64,000 nt of DNA from an uncultured Phycisphaerales bacterium (GTDB lineage Bacteria; Planctomycetota; Phycisphaerae; Tepidisphaerales; Tepidisphaeraceae): positions 4,192,001 to 4,256,000 of the forward strand of contig CAVWVQ010000003.1 of assembly GCA_963758525.1 (NCBI GenBank), written 5' to 3'. Below the pieces are notes generated by a model. That model made no database searches, was not told the origin of the DNA, and saw nothing but the letters and a program-made list of their open reading frames with translations. This document shows positions 24,011-34,508 of the stretch, piece after piece (within the stretch, counting starts at the first letter, position 1; each line of letters opens with the position of its first letter). A program made the translations under genes and the position numbers.

Positions 24011-24493
24011 TCAGATACTGATCTTCCCTTCCAGGCGATACGTTCGCAGCAGTTCGGTGAACTGCTCGGTAAAGACAAAGTTATGCTCGGGAAACTCCAG
24101 TCCCGCGAGGTTCTGATCGATGTGGCTGAACATCAATTCGATATCCGCCACCGCCTCGCCGCCGCAGGTCACCTGCCCGTTGATCGACGCACCCTGCTCG
24201 GAGAGTTGCTCGATCTTCGCTGAGAAAACGATCGTTTCACCCGGCCGGACGAGGCGGTGGAACGTTGCCTTTCCGATCTTGGCGAGAATGACTTTTTCGG
24301 CGAAGTTGCGCGCTTCGCCGACCAGAATTCCCGCGGTCTGGGCCATTCCTTCCACGATCAGGCTGTGCGGAACGATCGGAAACGCGGGATACAAATCGTG
24401 CAGGTGCTCCTCGGCAAGCGTGACGTTCTTCACAGCCGTGGCGGAAACCCGCGGCGTGAACTCAACGAACTTGTCGATCCAGATCCAACGCAT
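24011..24493 (-). CDS. FabZ/FabA-like hot-dog protein, degenerate active site
   Basis: WIWIDK, AVKNVTLAEEHLHDLYP...LIVEGMAQ (canonical HFP replaced by LYP). Confidence 0.85.
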   Translation of the reverse strand: MRWIWIDKFVEFTPRVSATAVKNVTLAEEHLHDLYPAFPIVPHSLIVEGMAQTAGILVGEARNFAEKVILAKIGKATFHRLVRPGETIVFSAKIEQLSEQGASINGQVTCGGEAVADIELMFSHIDQNLAGLEFPEHNFVFTEQFTELLRTYRLEGKISI

Positions 24494-24541
24494 CTCAAAC
24501 CCGAGGATGAATCCCGCCCTATGGGGAACTCGAAGCCGTTG

Positions 24542-24958
24542 CTACGCGGCAACGCCCATCTTGGCGGCCATGTAGCGGGTGATCAGGTCGACCGTCATGA
24601 GCGATGATGCTTTGTCGATCTCCGGGTCTTTCTCAAACTCTGTCAAATCGCAGTACGGCATCCGGCGTTTCAGCTCGGCAAGTCCCTCGGCGGTGACTTT
24701 GCCGTTGGTGACGAAGCGGGGGTCGTTCTGCATGGTCTGGAGGTCTTCGGGAAACAGCTCGTTCTTGGGAATCTGAAACGGCTTGGCCGGATCCGTGGTG
24801 AACGCCTTCTCCAGCCGAAACTGAATGTCGAGGTAGTCGATGCTCTCAGCCCCCAGGTCGCCGTTGAGGGTGGCGGTTGGCGTGACTTCCTCTTCATCGA
24901 CGCCCAGCGCGTCCACCAGCACTCCCTGCACCTTTTTGTACACTTCGTCGTAGGTCAT
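24542..24958 (-). CDS. extended acyl carrier protein (138 aa)
   Basis: DLGAESIDYLDI (Ppant Ser); long insertion before the terminal TVD helix. Confidence 0.9.
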   Translation of the reverse strand: MTYDEVYKKVQGVLVDALGVDEEEVTPTATLNGDLGAESIDYLDIQFRLEKAFTTDPAKPFQIPKNELFPEDLQTMQNDPRFVTNGKVTAEGLAELKRRMPYCDLTEFEKDPEIDKASSLMTVDLITRYMAAKMGVAA

Positions 24959-25033
24959 GTTCCATTCCCTTGGTAAAGCCATCTCTCATCGACACAACAA
25001 GCGCAGCACCGCCGAATCAGGGGCAAGATTCAC

Positions 25034-25094
25034 GGAGGGCGGGATTCATCCCGCCATCATTCCGCCAACCGCGGCGGGATGAATCCCGCCCTAC
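25034..25094. repeat. REP doublet (GGGCGGGATTCATCCCGCC family); partial copy at 24505-24521
   Basis: same palindrome as at 12989, 45512, 48139 and 48241. Confidence 0.85.
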
Positions 25095-25120
25095 GGGAGA
25101 GTCGTTTCTCCCGCCGACCG

Positions 25121-25621
25121 CTAAGCCGCACCCAGCCCCAGCGGCGTGCTCAGCGAGCTTGGTCGAATCAGCTCCCATCGACGCTGGTTGTGCTCGCAGA
25201 GGCGCCGGTCGATTGTTGCGAGCTGGGGGTTTTTCTCTTCGAGGTTGAACAGCGCCAGCTCGAATCGCATCTGCACGGCCTGTTTCTCTCCGACCGATCC
25301 GATCGCTTTCAATGATGCGCCGGCTTCGGTGGTTTTCAGAAGCTCGACTTCCATCCGAAGGAAGTTTCCCGGCGCGACAAACGTGCCATATTTCACGTTT
25401 CTTGCTTCGCGCAGCACGCAGATGGACTTCGCGAAGCCGGTGCGGTTGTAGAGCAGCCAGCTTCCTGACTGAATCGCCGCTTCCAGCATCAACACCCCAG
25501 GCAGCACCGGAAATGTCGGAAAGTGATCGGCCAGATACTCCTCGGCCAGGCTCACGTATTTGACAGTCACGATGCGCTGATCGCTGATCTGCTCGACTTT
25601 ATCGACAAGATTGAACTTCAC
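25121..25621 (-). CDS. FabZ-like 3-hydroxyacyl-ACP dehydratase
   Basis: GTG start; DHFPTFPVLPGVLMLEA catalytic His/Glu motif. Confidence 0.88.
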   Translation of the reverse strand: MKFNLVDKVEQISDQRIVTVKYVSLAEEYLADHFPTFPVLPGVLMLEAAIQSGSWLLYNRTGFAKSICVLREARNVKYGTFVAPGNFLRMEVELLKTTEAGASLKAIGSVGEKQAVQMRFELALFNLEEKNPQLATIDRRLCEHNQRRWELIRPSSLSTPLGLGAA

Positions 25622-25964
25622 GCGTCCTTTTCCCGAAGTCCGAAGCGACAACTTGTATCGGTGGCGGGGGAGCATTTCAAGCGGAGGGCTTGGGGTTGGG
25701 GGTTTAGGGCTCGGTGAAAAGACAGGGCAACTTCGGATTTGATTCTGGTTTGTGGTTTCGTCATTCGGGTTTTGGCTTTCGACTCTGCTCGGAGCCGAAG
25801 AGGACCCGAAGAGGCCGGAAGAGGCCACCACCCGAAGAGGCCATTTGACGCCCCCTCACCCCTCCCGTACCATCGACCACCTTCCCGTAGGTTGGAGCGG
25901 ACGGTCAATTTCGCAACTATCGACGGGGGCAAATTTTACGCATCGGCGGAGCGTTTGAACCGGC

Positions 25965-26714
25965 ATGTTTGCCATCGTCAGCGATATTCACGCAAATCTT
26001 GAGGCGTTTACCGTCGTCCTGCAGGAAATCGACCGGCGCGGGATTCAGCACATCGTTTGTCTGGGCGACATCATCGGTTATGGCCCAAATCCGATGGAGT
26101 GCATGGACCTCGTGCAGGCGCGCTGCCGGGCGTCGCTGATGGGCAATCACGACTTCGCGGTGCTCTACGAGCCGTTTAACTTTAACGCCGGAGCGGAAGC
26201 GGCGAGCTTCTGGACGCGGCGATGTTTCGAGAACGATCCTGATTCTCTCCGGCGGGCTCGGCGCTGGCGATTTGTGGGCAATCTCCCGGTGCGGATCAAG
26301 ACGCCCGAGTTTGTCGCCGTGCACGCTTCGCCAAGACGGCCGGTCAACGAATACATCTTTCCGGACGATATTTACACGAATCCGGGGAAGTTCGTCAGCA
26401 TCTTCGAGCGGTTCGACCGACTCTGTTTTGTCGGCCATACGCACGTGCCGGGGGTCTTTCTGGAAGGCCCTGATTTTTATAGCCCCGATGAGCTGGACAA
26501 TAAGTTCGAATTGACCGACGAAAAGGCCATCATCAACGTCGGCAGCGTGGGTCAGCCGCGCGACCGCGATCCGCGAAGCAGTTTCGTGGTGGTTTCGGAC
26601 AAGGACATCGAGTTTGTGCGTTTGAATTACGACGTTGCGACCACGGTGAAGAAGGTCGAGGCCATTCCCGAGCTGGATAATTTTCTGGGCACGCGCCTGT
26701 TGGACGGAAGATAG
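25965..26714 (+). CDS. metallophosphoesterase
   Basis: SDIHAN, LGDIIGYG, GNHD, VGHTH, NVGSVGQPRD. Confidence 0.92.
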   Translation: MFAIVSDIHANLEAFTVVLQEIDRRGIQHIVCLGDIIGYGPNPMECMDLVQARCRASLMGNHDFAVLYEPFNFNAGAEAASFWTRRCFENDPDSLRRARRWRFVGNLPVRIKTPEFVAVHASPRRPVNEYIFPDDIYTNPGKFVSIFERFDRLCFVGHTHVPGVFLEGPDFYSPDELDNKFELTDEKAIINVGSVGQPRDRDPRSSFVVVSDKDIEFVRLNYDVATTVKKVEAIPELDNFLGTRLLDGR

Positions 26715-28784
26715 ATGGAACGAAAGCCGTTGGTTCTCGGGATGCTGGCCGTCGGGCTGTTCCTGGCAGCGTGGTACGGCGTGATGCGCTATGTCGACCG
26801 CGTGCATCCGGAATATGCCGCCGAAGAAGCGGCAATGGAAGCGCAGACCCAGCATCCAACCACGGCGCCCAGCATCACGCCTCAGGCGCCCGCGCCCGCG
26901 TCGAAGTCTTTGAGCGCATCGACCATGCCGACGATGTCGGCGGCTGCCGCCGGCCTGCATTTCTCCGCGCCTCCTGCCGGCCCCGGCGTCGCGATTCTCG
27001 GTTCCGATCACGAGAAGGATCTCAACTACGCGATGCAGGTTGTGCTCTCCTCCAATGGGGCGGGCATTGCAAAGGTGACGCTCAATCAGTTTCATCAGAC
27101 GGTGCGGGGGACTGAGCTGTATTCCTTTCAGCAACCTTATGAAGACCATCCCGAAACCAGTCCGCTGGCAACTCGAAACCTCACCATCGACGGGAACACC
27201 GTCGACACCAGCGGCGGATGGAGTCTCGACCATTCCGATGCTTCTTCAGCGACTTTCAGTGAGCTTCTTGCCGTCGGAGAGAATCGTGTCGCGCGCCTGA
27301 CCAAGACGTATCACCTGCCCGATATCGCATCCAGCGCGAAGGAGAGCCAGGGATATGAGTTGCAACTGGACTACTCGATCGAAAACCTCACCGATCATGC
27401 GATTGCCGTGAAGACGGACGTGAACGGGCCGACGGTTCCGCAGAAAGAGGTCGAGCGCGGGACCGACCAGCAACTCCTGGTCGGCTACAAGAACGGCGGG
27501 GCGATCAAAGTTGCGCAGCATCCCATCGAAGAGTTCCGGAAGACTCCGTTGCAGGATCTGACTCGCAGCGGCGATACCACCGCGGCCTGGGCAGGAACGG
27601 CCAGCGTTTACTTCAACGCGCTGCTGCTCACCGAGGCTTCGCCCTCCGCGACGAAGACCGATTACGCGATCAATGCCGAGAATCTCGCCGCCGGCGACAG
27701 CACAAGCTCTTCAGTGGCGATGACGTTTCAGACCGGCGAGATCAAGCTCCCCGCTGCCGGCAAGGCGCTGCTTCCCCTCTGCGCGTTCTTCGGCCCCAAG
27801 GAACGTAAGCTCCTGGAGACTCCTTACTATTCAAGTTTTCCCCGGCAATACAACGAAACCCTGGTGATTGCCAGTGGTTTCTGCGGCGTTTGCACGTTCC
27901 CTTGGCTGATCAGCGTGCTCGTGGCCATGCTCAGCTTCTTCCATCTGATCTTCCGCGATTGGGGCATCGCCATCATCTGCCTGGTCATCATCGTGCGGGT
28001 TCTGCTGCATCCCATCACCAAGAAGTCGCAGGTTCACATGATGCGCATGGGCAAGATGGGCCCGGAGATGGAACGGCTCAAAAAGAAGTACGGCGACGAC
28101 AAAGACGCGCTGAACAAGGCGATGATGTCATTCTACAAGGAGCAGGGGATGGCCCCCGTGCTCGGGTGCCTGCCGATGTTCCTGCAGATGCCGATCTGGA
28201 TCGCGCTCTGGAGCGCGCTGCAGAGCACTTTCGAGTTGCGTCACTCGCCGTTTCTCTTCGTCCATCTGGGAAACTTCGCAATGCATTTGACGTGGATCAA
28301 GGATCTGGCCAATCCCGATGCGCTCATCCGGTTCGCTCCAATTCACATCTTTGGCTTTGACCTCGATTCTCTCAATATTCTCCCGCTGCTGCTGTCGGTT
28401 GTCTTCTATTTTCAGCAGAAGTTCACGCCAAAGCCGATCACGACCACGCCGGAGCAGGCGCAGCAGCAGAAGATGATGACCTGGATGTCGACGCTGATGT
28501 TCCCGATTTTTCTGTACAAAGGCCCGGCGGGTTTGAATCTCTACATTCTGACCAGCACCACGATCGGCATTATCGAGAGCAAGATCATCCGCGACCACAT
28601 CAAGCAGCGCGAAGAGGCGGAAAAAGCCGGCCGGGTGTTCATCGACACCAAGCCCACGCGTGCCGCGCGCCGCAAAGACGAGAAGGACGAGCCGCCAGTG
28701 AAAAAGACCGGCATCATGGCCTGGCTCGCCGATCTCCAGCAGCGCGCCGAAGACCTCCGCCGACAGGCGGATAAGGGGAAGTGA
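26715..28784 (+). CDS. yidC: membrane protein insertase
   Basis: large periplasmic domain, WGIAII...GCLPMFLQMPIW, WIKDLANPD, PAGLNLY. Confidence 0.93.
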   Translation: MERKPLVLGMLAVGLFLAAWYGVMRYVDRVHPEYAAEEAAMEAQTQHPTTAPSITPQAPAPASKSLSASTMPTMSAAAAGLHFSAPPAGPGVAILGSDHEKDLNYAMQVVLSSNGAGIAKVTLNQFHQTVRGTELYSFQQPYEDHPETSPLATRNLTIDGNTVDTSGGWSLDHSDASSATFSELLAVGENRVARLTKTYHLPDIASSAKESQGYELQLDYSIENLTDHAIAVKTDVNGPTVPQKEVERGTDQQLLVGYKNGGAIKVAQHPIEEFRKTPLQDLTRSGDTTAAWAGTASVYFNALLLTEASPSATKTDYAINAENLAAGDSTSSSVAMTFQTGEIKLPAAGKALLPLCAFFGPKERKLLETPYYSSFPRQYNETLVIASGFCGVCTFPWLISVLVAMLSFFHLIFRDWGIAIICLVIIVRVLLHPITKKSQVHMMRMGKMGPEMERLKKKYGDDKDALNKAMMSFYKEQGMAPVLGCLPMFLQMPIWIALWSALQSTFELRHSPFLFVHLGNFAMHLTWIKDLANPDALIRFAPIHIFGFDLDSLNILPLLLSVVFYFQQKFTPKPITTTPEQAQQQKMMTWMSTLMFPIFLYKGPAGLNLYILTSTTIGIIESKIIRDHIKQREEAEKAGRVFIDTKPTRAARRKDEKDEPPVKKTGIMAWLADLQQRAEDLRRQADKGK

Positions 28785-28789
28785 AAACT

Positions 28790-28918
28790 GGTGATTGGTG
28801 ATTGGAGCGTGACGGGAGGGAGGGAGGGACAAGGGACAAAAGGACAGAGGGACAGAGGGGAAGAGGGAATAACATGAGGGTGCTCGCGAGCGGTACGGTA
28901 GTAGCTTGCCCTTCGTGG
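28790..28918. repeat. left arm of long imperfect inverted repeat flanking mnmE
   Basis: reverse-complement similarity to 30434-30552. Confidence 0.8.
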
Positions 28919-28991
28919 ACGATGCGGGTGATCGGGGGTCTGGGGCGTCGATCGCGGGATTAGCGCCTGACTCCTGACTCCTTCCCCCCAA

Positions 28992-30347
28992 ATGCTCCCC
29001 TCCGACACCATCGCCGCCCTCGCTTCTTCGGCGTTTCCAGCCCCGCGCGCGATCGTTCGTCTGTCCGGGCCGGCGACGTTTTCCGTCGCCGCGCACGTCG
29101 TTGCGGGGCTTGCTCGAGCCGCCGGCGCTTCACCCGCGCGGCTCTGCGTTCGCGGGATGCAAATCCCTGCCACGCTCTACCGGTTCATCGCGCCTCGAAG
29201 TTACAGCGGCCAGGACGTAATTGAATTTCATATCCCCGGCAATCCGCTGCTCACGCAAATGCTCCTCGAAGAACTCCTCAAGCTTGGCGCCCGCGCCGCC
29301 GAGCCGGGGGAATTCACCGCCCGAGCCTATTTCAATGGCCGGCTCGATCTCACGCAGGCCGAGGGCGTTGCTGCCGCGGTGTCCGCCCAGAGCGAGCGGG
29401 AATCCGCCGCCGCCCGGCGTCTGCTTGCGGGAGAGCTGACGCGCCGTCTGGAGCCGATCATCGATCTTGTCGCGCAGACCCTGGCTCTGCTTGAAGCGGG
29501 GATCGATTTTTCGGAGGAGGACGTCTCATTTCTTCCCGCCGAAGCGGCCCGATCGCGGATCGACTCCGCCGCCGAACAGTTACGCGGGCTGCTGGCCGAA
29601 AGCGTTCGCTTTGAACGGCTCGCGCACGAGCCCACCGTGGTCCTGGCGGGTCGTCCCAACGCGGGCAAAAGCACCCTCCTCAACGCCCTGGCCGGCAGAC
29701 ACCGGGCCGTTGTCTCACCCATCGCTGGTACGACGCGCGATGCGATCTGGACAACCGTGCGCCTGCCACGCGGCGCCGCGCGCGTCAGCGATATCGCCGG
29801 CATCGACGACGCCGATGCCGCTACTGATATCGAACGGCAGATGCGCCGCCAGGCGCTGCGGGCCATCGAGAGTGCCGACGTTCTGGTGCTCGTCGTGGAT
29901 TGCTGCGACGACCGTGCGCCCATCACCTTATCGCGAAGCGCCGATTTGCTGGTCCACACGAAGTCCGACCTTGGCCGGCAGGCCACGTCGTCCGTTCGAT
30001 GCGGCGTTGCACGGCCTCTTTCCGCGGCGGCGCCAGTTGCACTTCACGTGAGCGCGCTGACCGCGGACGGCCTCGACGCGCTACGAAGTGCGATCGATCG
30101 TGCCGCGTTTGGTGGCGTGTTTGATTCGTCGGCATCGCTGGCGCTCAACTCCCGTCACGTCGCGGCCGTTGAAGCCGCGCTAGCGGCGCTTGCCGGCGCG
30201 CGCGCGACGCTTGCGGATTCTGCTGGGGATGAACTAATCGCTCTTGAGCTCCGAGAGGCTCTTGACGCCCTCGGCTCCATTTCCGGTCAAGTCACGCCCG
30301 ACGACGTTCTCGGCAGAATCTTCAGTTCCTTCTGCATCGGAAAGTGA
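28992..30347 (+). CDS. mnmE: tRNA modification GTPase
   Basis: DTIAALAS, PGEFTARAYFNG, GRPNAGKSTL, GTTRD, IFSSFCIGK. Confidence 0.95.
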   Translation: MLPSDTIAALASSAFPAPRAIVRLSGPATFSVAAHVVAGLARAAGASPARLCVRGMQIPATLYRFIAPRSYSGQDVIEFHIPGNPLLTQMLLEELLKLGARAAEPGEFTARAYFNGRLDLTQAEGVAAAVSAQSERESAAARRLLAGELTRRLEPIIDLVAQTLALLEAGIDFSEEDVSFLPAEAARSRIDSAAEQLRGLLAESVRFERLAHEPTVVLAGRPNAGKSTLLNALAGRHRAVVSPIAGTTRDAIWTTVRLPRGAARVSDIAGIDDADAATDIERQMRRQALRAIESADVLVLVVDCCDDRAPITLSRSADLLVHTKSDLGRQATSSVRCGVARPLSAAAPVALHVSALTADGLDALRSAIDRAAFGGVFDSSASLALNSRHVAAVEAALAALAGARATLADSAGDELIALELREALDALGSISGQVTPDDVLGRIFSSFCIGK

Positions 30348-30433
30348 TGCGCGAGAACCGAGGAATCGGAAGCCGCAATGGATTGAGTCGCTTGCGGTGT
30401 CGTCCCGGCACGCTGCGGTCGTTTTCTTTTGTG

Positions 30434-30552
30434 CCGCGAAGGGCAAGCCACTACCGTACTTCTCGGCGAGCAGCTCAAATCATTCCCTCCGTCCCTTTGT
30501 CCCGTTCGTCCCTCCGTCCCTCTGTCTCGTCACGTTCCAATCACCAATCACC
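30434..30552. repeat. right arm of long imperfect inverted repeat flanking mnmE
   Basis: ccgcgaagggcaagccactaccgtac...cacgttccaatcaccaatcacc. Confidence 0.8.
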
Positions 30553-30639
30553 TCCCTCCGATTGCACTGCCTCTGAGACTCTTGCACAGAACTGCCGGCA
30601 AAGCGATAGTGGGTCCGCTCATCAACCCAGGGAGGTTTT

Positions 30640-32822
30640 GTGGAGAAACGCATTGCATTCTGTCTGATCGCTTTGCTCCTTCCATCCAGTGCGTTTGCCC
30701 AGGCGCTGGCGGATCGCGTGCCGGCGGACGCAACGGTCTACATTGGGTGGAAGGGAACGGATGATCCGGCGCGGGGTACGCGCAGTCGCATCTCAAGGCG
30801 ATGGTCGATGCCTCCAACATCGCGCAGCTGATGCACGAAACGGTTCCGCGGATCATCGAAAAATTTGGCGGGTTCAATGAACAGATTGGCGACGCGGTGC
30901 GCCTGCTCGATACGGTGGGCGGGGCGATGTGGCGGCATCCGTCGGCAATGTTCATCGGAAAAATCGAGCTGGCCAACGGGCAGCCCGCTCCGCCGCATGT
31001 GGCAATCCTTTGTCAGGCCGGGGCCGACGCCGCGGCGCTGCAGGCCGCACTGCAGCAACAGTTGCAGAAGACTCCCTCGCCGCTGCCGGCCGAGGTTTCG
31101 CGCATTGACGATCTGGTGGTTCTGGCGATCGACTACGGCCAGGGCGAACTCGCGCTGCCCGGTGGACATGACGGCAAGTCTCTGGCGGAAACCGCGGCGT
31201 TTAAGCAAACGCTCGCTCAAGTTGGGAGCGACCCAACTTTCGCCGCGTATCTGGACGGCGAGGCGCTGGTGAAGTTCGGCGATGACTTTGCAGTGGCGTC
31301 AACCGATCCGCAGGCGAAGGAGAACTGGCCGAAGGTGCGCGACCAACTGGGTCTTGCGGGATTGAAGCAGATCGCGTTGACCAGCGGCTTTGACGGAAAA
31401 GGCTGGGGGACGCGCATTTTCGTTGGCGCGCCGGAGCCGCGCAGCGGAATGCTCGCGGCGATGGACGCCAAGCCGCTGCCTGACGCGCTGCTGGCGATCA
31501 TTCCGCAAAGCGCCACGCTCGCGGGAGCGGGCCGGCTCGATCTGGCCAGGATCGTCGAAGCGATGCGATCGGCCGCAACGGCGATCGATCCCAATGTCGG
31601 CCAGCAACTCGACGGCGCGCTGCAGATGATCTCACAAACCGTGGGCGTCGACGTTCAGAAAGAGCTGCTGCCGACGTTCGGCGGCGAATGGGTCTATTAC
31701 GTCGATCCGCTCACCGCCGGCAAGAGCACCTCCGGAATTGCCATCATCAACCATCTCCAGGACCCGGATCACGCGCAGGCGACGCTGGAGAAATTGCAGG
31801 ACGGCCTGCAGCAGATCGCCGTGCAACAGCTTCAGGGAAAACCGATCAGCATCGCTTTCCGTAAAACGAAAATCGGCAACACCGAAGTGAACTATCTGGC
31901 GGTTCCTCTGATCACTCCTTCCTGGGCGATCCAGGACGGATACCTCTGCATCGGGCTGTATCCGCAGATCGTGGCTGCCGCTGCCGAGCAAATTGCCGGG
32001 AAGGGCAAGTCGATTCTCGACAATCAGGATTTCGCCGCATTGCGCCAGCAGCTCGACGGGGGCAAAGCCGCATCGATCCAGTATATGGATTTGCGCGCCA
32101 CCGCACCCGACGCTTATCCGTCATGGCGGGTGCTTGCGAGTCTCGATCAATTTGCCGACGTTGTCGGCGTCACCTCGCCCCCGACGCTGATGCCTCCCCT
32201 CAAACAACTGATGGAGCATCTTTCCCCTGCCGGCCAGGCTTCATGGGCCGACGCCGCGGGCTGGCACATGCGATCGTTAAGCCCATTTCCCGGCGCCGAG
32301 TTGCTCGCCACCGATCCCAGCTCGGTCGGAGCGGCTCAGGCTCCCGTCATGGTCAGCATCCTGCTGCCGGCGCTGAACCGCGCCCGCGAGCAGGCCAATC
32401 GCGTGAAAAGCGCCAACAACCTCAAGCAGATGGGGCTGGCCGCCCTGATGTATTCCAACGAGCAGAAGGACGGCAGCCTTCCCCCCTCATTGGGCGTAAT
32501 GATCACCAAAGAGGACCTCGGACCCGATGTGTTCGTGAACCCTCGCCGAAACAGCCCGGCTCCGCCTCCAGGTCTGGCCGGCGACGAGCGCGCCAAGTGG
32601 GTCGATGAACATTCAGACTATGTCTGGCTCGGAAAAGGAAAGAAAAACAGCGCCGCCGCCGACGATATTCTCGCCTACGAAAAGTTCGAGGGACTCAGCG
32701 AAGGTATCAACATTCTCTACGGCGACGGCCACGTGGAATTTCAGTTGATGGATGCCGCCCGCGATCAGATCAACAAGGCCACCCAATCCAACCCCGATCT
32801 TCCCAAGAACGGCGGACTCTGA
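30640..32822 (+). CDS. secreted protein with internal DUF1559-like pilin helix and H-X9-DG-like C-terminus (frameshift near 30775)
   Basis: signal peptide ending AFA; SILLPALNRAREQANRVKSANNLKQMGLA; GINILYGDGHV. Confidence 0.75.
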
Positions 32823-32874
32823 GTGCTCGCGCATAATAAGTTGATCAACGTCGAGGAAATGAATGACGCATTAC

Positions 32875-32929
32875 GTAGCACAGCCGTGTCGGCTGTGGCC
32901 CGAAATCACAGCCGAGACGGCCGTGCTAC
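32875..32929. repeat. GTAG-type REP doublet (GTAGCACAGCCGTGTCGGCTGTG)
   Basis: inverted partner CACAGCCGAGACGGCCGTGCTAC. Confidence 0.8.
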
Positions 32930-33069
32930 AGGGAAATCACCCTCTGCTCGCATCAGAAACGCTCAGAGGAGCACCCGGTCAGAAAAGTATCGATCGGAGC
33001 CGGCCCAGTTGAAGTCGTATCTCTGCGTCTGACGTATTCTGCGGGCATACATCGTTTGCCGAGGAGCGA

Positions 33070-33927
33070 ATGTCGATGGTCCCAACTCCAGTCACTGCAA
33101 AGGAAGGGGACATTCATGCCGATCTGAACGATCACTATCCGCTTTCGCCTGAGCTGATCGAGCACTTTCGGAAGCAGGGATTTGTCAAACTCAAGAACGT
33201 CTTATTGCCCCAGACGCTGGAATATTACGGACAGGTGATTACCGCGCAGGTCTTGCGGCTGAACGAGCAGACCAAGCCAATGAGCCAGCGGACCACGTAC
33301 GAAAAGGCCTTCCTGCAGATCATGAACCTCTGGACGAAGAGCGAAGTGGCCAGGGAGTTTGTCTTCAGCCGCAAGCTGGCGCGCATCGCGGCGGAGTTGA
33401 TGGGGGTGCGTGGCGTGCGGATCTATCACGATCAAGCGCTTTACAAAGAGCCGGGGGGAGGAGTCACGCCGTGGCATGCGGATCAGTTCTACTGGCCGCT
33501 CAGCAACGACAACACGATCACCGTCTGGATTCCACTGCAGGCGGTTCCCCGCGAAATGGGGCCTCTCGCGTTCAGCGCCACTAGCCAGAGGTTCAACGTC
33601 GGCCGCGACCTTGAAATCAGCGACGAAAGCGAACAGAAAATCAGCAGGCAACTGCTGGAGAGGGGCCTGCCGCTCGAGGAGACTCCTTTCGATCTGGGCG
33701 AAGTCAGCTATCACGCGGGCTGGACGTTTCACCGAGCCGGGCCCAATATTTCCGGGGAGCCGCGGAAGGTCATGACCGTCATTTATATGGAAGACGGCAT
33801 CCGCCTGGTCGCTCCCACCAGCAAAGCGCGGCAGAATGACTGGGATCGCTGGATGCCCGGAGCCAGGATCGGCGAAGTGGTCGACACCGCGTTGAATCCG
33901 GTTCTGTATCGGGGAGAGGGGCTGTAA
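33070..33927 (+). CDS. phytanoyl-CoA dioxygenase (PhyH) family Fe/2OG oxygenase
   Basis: YKEPGG..TPWHAD, WIPL, TFHRAGPN. Confidence 0.9.
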   Translation: MSMVPTPVTAKEGDIHADLNDHYPLSPELIEHFRKQGFVKLKNVLLPQTLEYYGQVITAQVLRLNEQTKPMSQRTTYEKAFLQIMNLWTKSEVAREFVFSRKLARIAAELMGVRGVRIYHDQALYKEPGGGVTPWHADQFYWPLSNDNTITVWIPLQAVPREMGPLAFSATSQRFNVGRDLEISDESEQKISRQLLERGLPLEETPFDLGEVSYHAGWTFHRAGPNISGEPRKVMTVIYMEDGIRLVAPTSKARQNDWDRWMPGARIGEVVDTALNPVLYRGEGL

Positions 33928-34022
33928 CACCAAGCCGCCGATCGCGGCGGAATCCCTGGAACCGCGGCGGCTCCCGTCGGCGTCTGGCAGGCATCGTCGG
34001 CTTCTTCAACACATCGACGCTG

Positions 34023-34508
34023 CTAGTCTTCCCCCTGTCGACTGCTTTCGTCCCGTAATTCCTGTAGAAACGCCTCGGGCGACATGATCCGCAGATGGGG
34101 AAATCGCGATCGGAAATCCGCTGACCAAGGCTTGGCCGGGTTGGTCAGATTCAGCAGGTGCTTGTCGCGGGACACGATCACTTCGGCGCCGCCGGCAATT
34201 GCCAGATTTATGTACGCCGAGTCATCTTCATCGATAGGATGCTCAAATACCATCGCCGGTTCGTCGATCCTGACCGCGGCGTTGTTCAGCGCGGTGAGCA
34301 CTATCAAGACCCGATCTTCATTTACCCCAAGACTTCGCAGAAGACCCTTGTTCGGCAGCTCACCGATTTCCTGAATCACCCAATTCGATGCCAATAGGCG
34401 CTCTGGATCGTCGAGCACGGCCTGCAGACACAATCCTGCCGGCCCCTCCGGATTGAGCAGCGCCTCTGCGAAAACATTGCAGTCGAAGACGACATTCCGA
34501 TCACTCAC
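34023..34508 (-). CDS. PIN-domain toxin (VapC-like)
   Basis: VVFDCNV, DEDD...LAIAGGA.VIVSRDKHLL. Confidence 0.85.
   Translation of the reverse strand: MSDRNVVFDCNVFAEALLNPEGPAGLCLQAVLDDPERLLASNWVIQEIGELPNKGLLRSLGVNEDRVLIVLTALNNAAVRIDEPAMVFEHPIDEDDSAYINLAIAGGAEVIVSRDKHLLNLTNPAKPWSADFRSRFPHLRIMSPEAFLQELRDESSRQGED

Noticed and set aside
25790..25842. CCGAAGAGG short direct repeats upstream of the FAS/PKS cluster as operator sites
   Set aside because: Irregular spacing and adjacent to other low-complexity repeats; no cognate regulator nearby.
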